From contig BQFW01000009.1 in NCBI GenBank assembly GCA_020891255.1, positions 1,302,001-1,366,000 on the forward strand: a DNA stretch of 64,000 nt. Direction: 5' to 3'. Positions 35,877 to 47,668 of this stretch are shown one piece after another. Source of the DNA: Entomortierella parvispora E1425. Lineage: Eukaryota > Fungi > Mortierellomycota. Position 1 is the stretch's first letter, and each line of letters starts with the position of its first letter. A model generated the notes under the pieces. The model saw only the letters and a program-made list of their open reading frames with translations, was not told the DNA's origin and did not search any database. The position numbers were made by a program, and so were the translations under genes.

Positions 35877-37618
35877 CTTCACAGTTTCCATTGCGCCTTC
35901 TTGTCGTTAGAACACTTCACAGTCACCTTACCAACCGCCGTTACGCTGATGAAGACCCGTGAACCTTCATGGCAATTGAGTGGTGGATAAAAAAAAATAA
36001 CCCTAATAACAAAAAAGATAGTTGAAAGATCGCAAGACGCCGTTTTATAGTGTAGAAGGCTATCCTTCCCAGGACCCGAGGTCGAGACCAGGGAACGTGC
36101 CCACTTGCTGAAAATGGCGAGGCAGAGACAGTCAGAAAGAACGTGGGATATAATGTTTGCTAGCGGAGAAAGTACACTTTAGATTTTCCACCTTCACCTA
36201 CATACTGTAGAGTACTCCATCACGAGGGTTGGGCGAGGAGACAAACTTTTGGAGACAGAAAAAGGCTAAAGCGGGGAAGAGGGAGCTGTTGGACACAAGC
36301 AAGATGATAAAAATACGCTCGGGAAGGGGCGCTGACTTGAGTGCTCGATCTCATTGGCTGAAGGATGAGCACGATGGGTGATTCTTTGAAGAGGAGCCAT
36401 CTTCAGAGCTGACAAAAAAAAAAAAAAAAAAAAAACCAAACAGGCAGGGCATGACGGAGGTGGTTGTTCAATTTCCAAGGACAGAGCATGTGCTGGCTGG
36501 ACTAGGAGACAAAAGGAAACCGTGACCATGGGGTATGGAAACGTGTTGGGTGCGATGCCTGCATCAAAGTTAATTGGCAGGTTGGAAGCAGGGGAACCAC
36601 ATGCTGTGGGCGATCGACAGTGATTTGGCTGCCGCATTGTGGTGAGAGGATATATTGCAACTTGCCCTTTTGATCTGACTGTCCTGCTGTCTGGTGGGCA
36701 GGCCAGTCGTTTCGTTCTTTGATTGCTCTCTGTGCCATCCTCCTCAGCTAGACTGACGGACGGAAAGAAAATTATTCGCTATGGTGCTGCAGCCAATCAG
36801 CGCACGCGTCCCAGACACGCTCCGCCTGCATCCAACGCGATCTGCGCTCTGGAGGGAAGAGACACTATTCTGCCCACAACAACCGGCTTGGGGAAACATG
36901 GGCAAATGGATGCCCTTGCGTGGACCTGCGCTGCACTTGGCCCCGTTGTCTCGGTCGCAAACCCGCTCTCCATGGCCATGGAGGGTGGGTAGGGGTGGAT
37001 GTGCAGGTGCACAGTGTGTTCAGCCCTCTGTTGATTACTGCTCAGCAGCTCTCCTGTGGGTGATGTTGTGCAATCCTTGATGGAAAGGCAATGTTGTGAT
37101 ATGAAAACAAAGACAATGGTCTCCCACCTAAAAAAAAAAAAAAGAAAAAAAAAAGGTCTCTGTCTTGGGTGTCATATCTTCAAAAACGACGGAACGTGGA
37201 CAGTCCATGGGATGGAACCCAGAGCTCGGCAATGAATAAGAAGTGGCCATGCCCTTTGCAATTGCACCTCTTTTTCCCCTTTCCTCTTCTTTTCTGTTAC
37301 ATATTTCTTTTCTTCTCCTCTCTTCTTTCTCTTCTTGTTCTTCTCTTTCTACCTTCTTCCCCTTTCCTTCTCCTCTCTTTTTTCTTCCTCTTTGTTGCGA
37401 AGATACCTTCGGTAGCGATCTGCTCTTATCAGATAGACCTGTTACCCACGATCGCCCACAATTCTTCTGTCCTTCACCATCTCTCAGAGTGTTACGCAGA
37501 GATCGTTCTCAATCAACTCAGTGGGAGTTGGGTTGTCAGAATCCTCCTTCAGCGCCCTGCACCGGTTCACCCCCCCAAAATCCATTCTCTGTTTAAAAAA
37601 GCTCGTTCCCACTCTTCC

Positions 37619-40045
37619 ATGTCCGTCCCGGACTCTCTGTCCGTGGCGACCGACTGCTTCCAGGGAGCAGAAATAGCACCCACAGTCCTTTTCTCGGACG
37701 ATAGCACTATGGCCACCTCCAACAACTCCACTTCTTCGCCCTCCCCACAGACACCGGCACTTCAGGACTACAACGTTGACCGTCAATTCCTTGCAGCCAC
37801 CCTTGCAGCAGCCGCAAAAGCTGCCAGTTCATCATGCTCACCCTCAGCCCCTACTTCACCGCATTCTATATCCAAAACTCGGCAACACAAACTTTCATCC
37901 AACATCGCCCCTCATTCCCTTGTATCCTCCACCACAGCGCTACTTAGAGAAGAATTTGATATCGTCCACTATCCCGTCAAACACACAACGCTCATTGTCT
38001 CTGCCTTGCTTTCCTCAATGGTGAATGCAAACGACCAGCGCTACAACCCTCTTGTCGACCCTATCACGCTGTTTCACTCTCGTGCAGTTCCCCGGATATC
38101 CATTGAGGCGTACTTGACCAGGATCCTTCAATACATTCCCTTCTCCAACGAAGTCCTCCTGAATGTTCTAGTCTATCTAGACCGGATCGGAGGGTTGAGT
38201 GGAATGGAGCAGATCTGCGGCAGTGGTGACCACTCGGAAGAGGTGGAAGAGGAGCAAGAATCTCCACGACCATCAATGGCACCAAGACCCTCTCCTTCGA
38301 ATCCTCTGTCCACCTCCACCACCACCCCCTTGTCGCATTCCCCCTCCTCATCAGAAAAATCCCCACAGATAATCCGATCCAATGATTTCGGTACATCTCC
38401 AACACGTTCTTCGCCCACCTCGGCCCCTTTCTCGTCACAGCTGTCCACTTGCTCAATGGGAGCTATCTTTACTGCTCAGGACCCTTGTCCTGGTTCCTCT
38501 GATCTCCCTCCTGCGCCTTCATCTTCATCGACAACCTTCAATCGTATTCCTACTGATGTAAAAAGTTACAGCCGAAAGGACCCTGTGGATGCTCTTCCCG
38601 CCGCCCCTTCCTTACATCCTCGCCAGCCAAACTCCGACTGGCCAATGATCCAGAAACGTGCCAGGGACGCCGAAGAACCAACATCATCCACGGCACCCTC
38701 AACAGCACTCACACCTACACCCACGCCGATCGCTACCACGACCCCGACGGTTACTTTCCCAGGCCCCACCGGCGGCTCACACAATTCTTTACACCGATCC
38801 ACCTCCAAAGAATCCCCGCCAGCGCCAGACTCTGGCTCGGACTGTCCTCATGGACAAGAAAGTGAGGAGGACCACTGTCGGCACGTGCCTAAAAAAACCA
38901 AACTCGACGGGAAGAGACCTAATATGTCTTCATCAGCCCAGGACTCTACTCCGACGGTCCAAAGCCATTCTTCCTCGACACTTTCGTCATCGACAGGCAG
39001 TACCCGCCCCAATGGGTCTTGGACACCTGCACCCACACCTGTTTTGGCCATGACCTCGAATGGTTTTCGGATCAACAGCTTTAATATCCACCGCTTGCTG
39101 ATTGTCTGCCTCATGGTCGCCGCCAAATTTACATCTGATCATTTTTACTCGAACGTGCGCTATTCAAAGGTAAAAAAAAAACAAAAGAGAGACCCGTGTG
39201 TCCCATCTTTTTGTTGTGCTTTTGTTTTTGATGAACGTTCCAAACAGTTTTGGCGTCGCTCCAACCCTAAACACCGAGGTCATTTTCTTAACCTGCGATG
39301 TAATGCTCTCATGTGTAAATAGGTGGGCGGTCTTAGCCTACTGGAGTTGAATCAGTTGGAGCTCGAGTTCCTGTTCACCACTCGATTCGAGTTGAACGTC
39401 AAGGAAGAGGAGCTTCAGCGAGTTGGCAACGCGCTTTTGAGGTTTAGGGACAAGGAGACGGCGCCGACTCCACAACGAGTATCAGCAAAGAGGAAGAGCG
39501 TCCAGGAGACAACAGAGTGTTCTCGTCCCTCGAGTATACCAGAACCAATGGCCGTCATCAACACGGCGACCGTCTCGGGTCCCGAAGGCACCAATGGCCA
39601 TTCAACACAGGGCTTACAACAGGGTCCAGATGCCAGACAACAAAACGAGCACCATCTACAGCATCAAAAAAGTGGACGCTTCTCCATTCCATCACCAACG
39701 AGTCCAAGGAACGGCCCCATGTCAGATCGAGTGGGATCAAGTACTGCCTCTACTACTGGTAATAGTGGCAGCACTGGATCCGGAACGACCAACAACGCGG
39801 ACCAGACAGTTGCTGCCTCCACTGACACCGCATCGGCCACTGCGGGGGATGGAACGGTTGTCATTGTGTCATCAGGATCGCAGGACCCTCCTCGGCCTCA
39901 ATTGCTCTCCCCACCAGCGGAAAGACAACGCAGGAAGGACGGCGAGGTGACCCAAGGGTCAGAGAGACCCGAGGGAACCGCGATGGGCCATGGCAAGGAT
40001 GCACCCCGTAGTTCTGCGTCCCTGTCTTCAGCCAAGGAGCTGTAG
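37619..40045 (+). CDS. Pho80/Pcl-family cyclin
   Basis: FHSRAVPRISIEAYLTRILQY...VYLDRI and NSFNIHRLLIVCLMVAAKFTSDHFYSNVRYSK|VGGLSLLELNQLELEFLF; one intron 39169-39322. Confidence 0.9.
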
Positions 40046-40435
40046 ATTGTTTGTTTTTTTTTCCTTCCCGTCAAGCCATCCGACCTCTCCATCCATTGTA
40101 CATAGAATACCATTATCCGTTTGTTTTGTTTTGTTTTTTTGCTTACAGCACATCATAATAGAGCAATGTTTGCAGCAACGACAACAACAACATGAATCGC
40201 GCAACAACCTGGAAGGGCCCCACGGCGGGACTGGGGATGGGGAATGTTCGATTGTTTTGACTTAAGGGTGTACATGTTGGAATGACGGTCACTTGTTTAC
40301 GTGAAGATAAAAGAAAATTTTTCGCGCTCTTTGTTTCTTTTCTTTCTTCCTTCCCCATCCCCACTCCCCTCTCCTCCCTCTTCGGTTGGCCCAAGGTATG
40401 CCCCTTCTTCATCCACCCCCTCTCATCCACTCGAG

Positions 40436-42348
40436 ATCAGGACAGCGCGCAGACAGACAACTTCGGGTTCAGCCTGGATGATCACCTATTTCAAAATTTC
40501 AAACTAGAGTTTCTGAAAGCATACGTGTTTATAATGCAAAATCTGAGCAACTACCTTCGACCCTTTTGTCTGTCGACGCGCGCGCTGTGCCTCACTCGAT
40601 CCCTCATCCCCTTTGATACATCGCGTGATGGAATTGGTCGCTAACGAATATCACCACCTTTTGTTGTGCGACTGTAGATGTGTACTCGACACGCTTTGAT
40701 CCAACTGATTTCGTCTTTTTAATGCGCATCTGTCTTTTGTTGAATGGTAAGAATCTCTCCCATCCTCTTTCTTCCTCGATCCCTCTTTCTCTTTTTTTTG
40801 GCGCGTGTCAACTAGGATGATACAAACGCAATTAAAGCTGGAATTACCGCCTGAATCACAGTGTTGATAGTTATTGCACCCAACTGAAACGACATTCGCA
40901 AAAAAAATATTTTTTTTTCCTTTCCTCTTCCTCGCTCATGTTTACGACTTGGAAACTAATCATGACATCCATTGCTGCCATTGATTAGAATCTCATCAGT
41001 AGACGACTACAACTGACGATCCGACAGTCACAGCTTGGCATGCTGGAACGCAAATGGTAAGGATCTCAACCTCTCTCAATTGGAAGAGCAGTCGAGCTAT
41101 ACTGATGAGCCTTTTAAAGGCATGCACTGGGCACTGAAAAAACCATGTGGTCAAGCATATATACGGCCTAGAAAACCGTGGACTGATTCATAGCATCGAC
41201 CCTCAACCATATGAGATTCGTTTAAGACTGCGTCAACGAAGAAGAAACATGTCCTAACGACCCTTTTTGTTCTTCAGATCCTGGATCGTTTATTAGTACA
41301 CATACCGTTGAGGTCAGCCTTCCGAGTCGTCAAAAAACTGAGATGGTAAGCTTCTATTCTCCCCTTTTATTTCAACTTCCCCCATTTTGTATTTAAAGTG
41401 ATGATCCTCCTTTTAGATGACGAGTCTGAATGTTTGAGCATGGGCGGTTTTCGCGCTTGCTCGTTACGTGTTGAGACTCTTTTTTATATACCATTCATGC
41501 ATTTCTGATTCTTTACAAAACGATCTCATTGTCGAATGGTTTCAATGCAATTGATGATCCGGTTTATTAACCAAACCACCTTTTCTTTTCAGAACTCCTC
41601 CATAGTTGAAGGCTCTCAGTCGACGGTCTCTAGCTTCTCAAGGAATTTCATAAGGTAATGATCGACATGATTTCTCGTTAGTTCTCTTTGCCTTTCCCTC
41701 CAGGCTGGTGCGATATAGACGTTTGGGTGCACGCGATGATTTTTCAATTAAAGACAAGCATATGTCTGATTTACGATGACACCTTTGACCGACTGATGCA
41801 CCCACTATACACTCGCTGCACGCTGCATTCGCAATTGAATGACCAAAGGAGTTTACTTGACAGTTGTCTAATCAGTTATCTTTGGTTGTTGATAGGTAAG
41901 GAATTTTTTTGCAGCAAACTCCTCGGACTCTTGGTCTGGTCATCGTCCAAATCTGTGGTTTTTGGATTCAAGGTAATGATCAGCACTCCCTTTCCTCAAC
42001 CCCTCCCCCTTCGCAGACTTTGGTATTTCTTCAGCTCAATGATGATTTTTTTATCACGACGGTCAACTTAGCACAAAGTGCATTGATTATAACGGCTGTG
42101 ACAGGCCAATCTTTTCTGACTCTGCATATTTTTTTTCTTCAAAGAAAAAAAATGATGCAGAGACCTGTGGCTGAAGACTACCTTTGTTGTCTCCTCCTTT
42201 TATGTCACTTTTTTATACGTCCCACTGAAAAGACTTTAACATTTTCACTAATTGTTTCTGTCTTTTCTCGATATCTTTAGGTATGCTTTCTATTGTTTTT
42301 TCACTCGCATGGTTATGATAGTTGCTACTGCTGTTTCAATAAATTGAA
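40436..42348 (+). CDS. Putative intron-dense gene of unknown function; model incomplete
   Basis: Consensus donors at 40747, 41057, 41346, 41655, 41896 and 41973 alternate with pyrimidine-rich AG acceptors every ~100-150 nt. Several short exons are open, but I could not chain all of them in phase. Confidence 0.4.
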
Positions 42349-42653
42349 TATTTCAATGTATGCACCTTCAATTGCTTCTTGCAAAATGACTTCTGAAATG
42401 AACAATGAACAACGCAAAGGAGGGCAGGGCTGCGGATTGGTCAATGTGGAAGGATACGCTTTATTTGTTCAAAGCAAAAAAACAGACAAGAGAGCCACAA
42501 AGGACGAAGCAATTGGTCCGCATCTGGAAGGACTGCTCATTCGATCCACGCGCGTTGCGGATCCACAGCGAGCCTTTGCCTCTTTATAGCGGGCGATCTG
42601 TCGAGATGACTGGGAAGATGATGAATAAGTGAGGCAGTCGGAGGTGGGATCCG

Positions 42654-43561
42654 TCATGGTAGCGGCATGGTCAACTTGAGTACGTTGTCTACAAGAGAGA
42701 AAGGAGAGACAAAACGCAAGATATGAGTATTGTCAACTGGCTAGGTGCCTCTCAAACCATGGCGAGCAGGCAAGCACAAGAAAAAAATCACTGAGAAAAG
42801 TGCAAGAGATCACACATACGGCGGTGCTTGACGGCAAACAGAAAGTACGCGACACTGTCAATCTCCTTAGTGGGGTTCGGCTTCTCAAAGTGCTTAGAGG
42901 CTGCGACAGCAAGATCCTCTTGCGATTTAGATCGTGGCTTTAGTTTGTTCAGCCGACAATACCGACGGAGGGTTGCCACGTCCATTGTGCTAAAGTCCAC
43001 CTATTGATACACAGAAGCGGATCCTCTTTTTGTTAGTTTCTCTCCAACAAAGAACACTCTGTGATTCCCTTCCTTCTTTCAGGTGCAACAATCCCTTTCC
43101 TCCGTCATAACCACCCTTTCGAGAACAGAAAAGGGGGGGGGGGGGGGGGGGGTGCATCGAGATGGATGGGCAGCGAGAATGAAGAAACAAAACTCAAAAA
43201 AAAAAACAATATGGTCTTTCTCCCTTACCGTGATGGTCGGTGATTCTGCTTTCCGTTTTGTGCCAGTGCCCGCGCCTGCATTTGAACTTGAGGTCTTCTC
43301 GGCTGTGCGATCTTGATTGGCATTGCCTCCGGTGTTGCCTCCATTGGCCCCTGTTCCGTTCCCTGCTCCTCCTGCAGAGGAGGACCCGGCACGGTCAGAA
43401 TGACCGTTGGCGTTGGCATGGCTCCGGTCGTTGTCTCGTTGGCGTTCACCTCCGTTGGTATTATTGTTGTTGTTACTGTTGCTGTTGCCCCCAGAACCTT
43501 TGCCGGTATTTCCTCCAGTGCCGCCTGCACCACTGTCGGATACCTTTTGTTTCGGTGCCAT
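42654..43561 (-). CDS. SAP30: SAP30-like Sin3-binding protein
   Basis: G/N-rich N-terminus, then VDFSTMDVATLRRYCRLNKLKPRSKSQEDLAVAASKHF...KEIDSVAYFLFAVK, the SAP30 Sin3-binding domain pattern. Confidence 0.8.
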
Positions 43562-43896
43562 GAAGGGTTTCTTGTGTGGGTGGTTTTTTTGTTCTGGAGA
43601 AGGGGGTGGTGGGGTAGTGAAGTGGGGAGAACGACTGGAGAGAGCTAGAGTGTCACGTATGAGAGGAAGAAACGGAGGAGGCGGTGCAGGGTCTAGTGAG
43701 AAGGAAGAGAAGAGGAAGAGGAAGAGAAGAGAAGACGAAAAAGGAAGAGCAGGGTCGATCGGGTAGAGATGGCAAGTGAGCTGATGGTGATGAAGAGGCG
43801 GGAAGGACAAGAGTCGGGCATGAAGAGAAAAGAGAAATAGAAGCAGAGAAAAAGGGGACTCGACGCCCTCTCTCTCCGACCGTGGCTTGGTGGAGG

Positions 43897-43924
43897 TGTG
43901 CAGTGTGCAGTGTGCAGTGTGCAG
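43897..43924. repeat. (TGTGCAG)x4 heptamer array between divergent SAP30 and KPTN
   Basis: Four perfect copies plus degenerate flanking copies. Confidence 0.9.
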
Positions 43925-44248
43925 TCTTCAGTGTGTGCAGTGTCGCGGTGTGTGTGTGCAACAAGCAGTCCACTCTTTCCTTCCCTCTTCACACTTCGCC
44001 CCACCCTCCCTTCCCTCACGCTCCTTCTCTGCTGTTCCTTGCTCCCGGGCTTCTTTGACTCATGGACCATCACAGCCACTACCGCGACCAGGACCACCGT
44101 CCGCCCGTGCTCTTCCAGTCCGACGACCTCGACCAAGACCACGACATCGCCCATCCCCTCCACAGGAGTCACAGCTCGTCTCGTCCATCCCACCACCCCT
44201 CCGCACGCCACCATTCTCATTCCAGCACCCACGACAGACTGCGACACG

Positions 44249-47200
44249 ATGGCTCAGCAGCCTACCCGAGTGAAGACGAGCGGCCTGTCCATGTGCATTC
44301 CCAAGAATGTCACGACTCCTGTCCTGTCCAGGACATTTACACAGAGACAAGCTTTTCTCGGTTCAGTGGTGGAGCGCGCACGTAAGGACTTGCTAAACCT
44401 ACAAATCTCTCTTTTTTTTCATGCATGGTGATATCGCTGGTGGGCATCAACTGAAGTGCGCTTCTCTTGTTTTCATCAGGAATTTGTATGGACTTGTCGT
44501 TGTCAAGGAGCTAGGTACCCCCTCAACATACCCGTCGCCTGATCCGGTTCCAACAGAGAATCTATTCGCGATCGACTCTTTGGTGGATGCAAGCACGCTG
44601 GTCGAGGCTTCATCTTCTACCGCCGAAAAGAATCCTTCTCGGACACAGAATCTTTCTACTGCACCAGTGTTGCAGGCAGAAGAGAATAGCGAGAACAAAG
44701 TAGATCAGGACAATGGGGCAGCAGACAAAAGTATACCAGCCGTGGCAGGATCTGCCCCAGAATCAACTCTGGAACTCAAATCCGGGAACGTAACCTCTAC
44801 AAAATCGAGCATATTCACGCCTTCAGGATCCTCAACATGGGCCCACCTGCCAGGTCGATATGTCTTGGTAGCAGCAGGAAGCTCTATCAAATGCATTATG
44901 GGACTTCAGGAGTCGTTTGAATTCACGGTGCATGACTTGGATAAGAGAGGTGGAGGGACTGGATCAGCGAACCAGGAGATTGTGTCCATCGACGCCTTTG
45001 AGCGAATAGATGAACGTGGATGTCAGTTGATACTTCTGGTCTCCATTGCAAAGGTAAACACGCTTTCCTTTAGTCCTTTTGACACGCGATTGTCATCTTG
45101 ATTTGCCCGATTTGACTGACCTTTTTTATTGTACAAATTTCGACCCATAGGCTGTTGATCCAGCACAGTTTGAACTAAGATGCTATGGCGCCAAAACGTT
45201 TGGCAACAGTATAAAGGAACTCTTGCTGAAACTGCCTAGTAAGATATGAAAATCATGGGGCATGCTTTTCGCCTCGGTCATTTGATCCGCCTGGGAACAC
45301 GATCGTTAACACTTTTTTAATTTCATATAGTTTCAAAGGACGTTCAGACTATCCCATTGTCGTGGGCGCCAACAAAGATTATTCATGCCCCTCTGGAGGA
45401 TGATCCGTTTGAGATGGCGATTCTAGTTGGCGGCAGTGACAGCTGTGTTCACTTTTTTGTCCAGGATTCTGACAATGGGATCTACGAAGAGCAACCGATC
45501 GAGACTCATTTCTCAGTCCTTGCCTCGTTTTCTTACTGCGAATACTGGTAATACAGTCTGACCTAGATGCCTCCTTTTTTTTTTTTTTTTTTTTTTTTTT
45601 TCATCGAGAATCTTCGACCCATGATACTGACCGAAACTTCATTTTTAGCGTTCTGAGTCTCGAGATTAAGGACTATCCCCATTGTCGAGTAGTAGCCGCC
45701 GGAACCCAAAACGGAACGTTGAACATTGGTATTATACCCAGAGATCCGACCACTTTTCAACTGGACCGATCCAAGGCGAAGAGCCACACTATTGTCTTGT
45801 TTGCACCGATCACCACACTCACAGTTTTTACCTCTCGAGTGCAAGCCGACCACAAGAGTTACTCACAGGGAGACCAATCAGAAGCACAGGCAAAGGTTGT
45901 CGAGCAGAAAGAGGAGGCTGGAATACATTTGCTGGTCACTTGCGCCATCGAGCAGGCATGGATCTACAGGTACTTTTTCACCAACCACCCTCTATCTTGA
46001 ACCACATCACTGTTCTTAGGGTAGCTTCTAATCATTACTGCTGTCGTTACTTTTATTCTTTGATAGCAATATTAACAAATACGGTCTAGCCAACAGATCG
46101 GATCTCTCAGAGTGCTCATATCACGACAGCATTATGACAGCACATGTGATGGACGCTGACTGGGATGGCCAAAATGAGATCATGATCGGGACCTATGGTC
46201 GGCAACTAATGGTCTTTAAAGAGCTTCCTCAAAGTCAGGTTCAGGCGAACAGCGGGGCAATTCACAATGGCGCATACTCCCGTCCGACATCTATCACAGC
46301 TGCTGGCACCAAGATCTCCATCTCGCCCGCCTCATTCCCTCCACACCCGCAGCCGATTTCTTACAACCATTCCACAACAGCTTCCATGTCAATGCCAGCG
46401 CCACCACCGCCACCAGCGTTGCAGTGGGGCATGACCTGGAATCGTCGGTTTGCGTCTCCTGTTTACGGGATCTCGAGCGTGGACTTGAACGATGATGGTC
46501 TGGAAGAATTGGTTATCACGACCTCGAATGGCTGCTCGATCTTCTTGCCAGATCCTTTAACAGCTAAACGGAGGCTGGGTCAAGCGGTGGACCGGATGAG
46601 AGCCATTGACGACATGAAGGCTACGCTCGCTCGTCTGCGACAGGAAAACGCCGAGTTGTTGAAGGAAAAGGAGGAAAAGGAGGCTAGGGAGGCACAGGAG
46701 ATCCAGGCTGCCAAGGAAGCCAAGGAAGCTCGAGAGGCTGCTCTGCAAAAGGCTGAGAAAGAAGAGGAAGAACGTGAGGAAAAACGATGGGCTGCTGCTC
46801 TGGAGGCTGAGAAGAAGGCTCGAGAAGAAGAAGAAAAGGAAAGGGCAAGGAAAGAGGACGAGTTCAGGATAGAGAGAGAGGCATTGGCCAAAGACCAACA
46901 CAAAAAGGAGAAATTGGCCGGTGAACAAGACGAGCAAGAGCGGGCTGGAGAGCAGCAGGCGGCCGAAAGCGTGGACGAGTACAACAACGAAAATCAAGAG
47001 CCTGATCGGACAACGTCCAATGCATCCAATGTCGCCGCGTCATCCGAGGACCCAGACCTGACAATAGCAGACACCGGAGCCGAGATGAAAACAGAGTCCG
47101 AAGGCGAGAACGCTCCACAGGACCCAGACCAAGGGGATAGGGGCGAGACGGATCAAGAACAATCGGACAAAAAGGTTCTAGAAACTGCGGAATCGATGAA

Positions 47201-47420
47201 TGCCAATCCAGCCGTGGAGGAGAATGAAGGAAACGGCAAAGGAGAGGATGCAGATAAGGGTCAATTGAAAGAAGAGGGGACGGAAGAACCAGATTTGGAA
47301 GGTTTGTCAAAGTTAAGGAGGTCAAACGAGAGTGAATTTGACAAATCTCCAGAATTAAGTCCCATGGTGGAGACGCGCCTGGAGCAGGACAAAGAGGAGA
47401 AGGACCCTACTTTACCGTAA
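44249..47420 (+). CDS. KPTN: Kaptin (KICSTOR subunit)-like beta-propeller protein with acidic coiled-coil tail
   Basis: NLYGL, EIVSIDAF, LVGGSDSCVHFF, DSIMTAHVMDADWDGQNEIMIGTYGRQLMVFK and RRFASPVYGISSVDLNDDGLEELVITTSNG resemble kaptin; multiple introns. Confidence 0.78.
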
Positions 47421-47668
47421 CTCGCCTCGAGGACGCGACGAGAAATAAATGAAAGGGGTGCAGTCACGATAAGCTATTTGTGCTTGGAAATCAACAAAGC
47501 AAAGACGCGTTTTAATTTAGTTGGTCGAAAAAAACATAAAAACCAGCGCGTTGCCTCTGTTTGTTTTCCTTCGTTCTCTTCTCTTCTCTCCATCCTCTCC
47601 TCCATTCCCCTCCCGCCCTCCTCTCTTCTTCTCCTCACCTTCACTCTCGACCCTACCGTACACACAAC

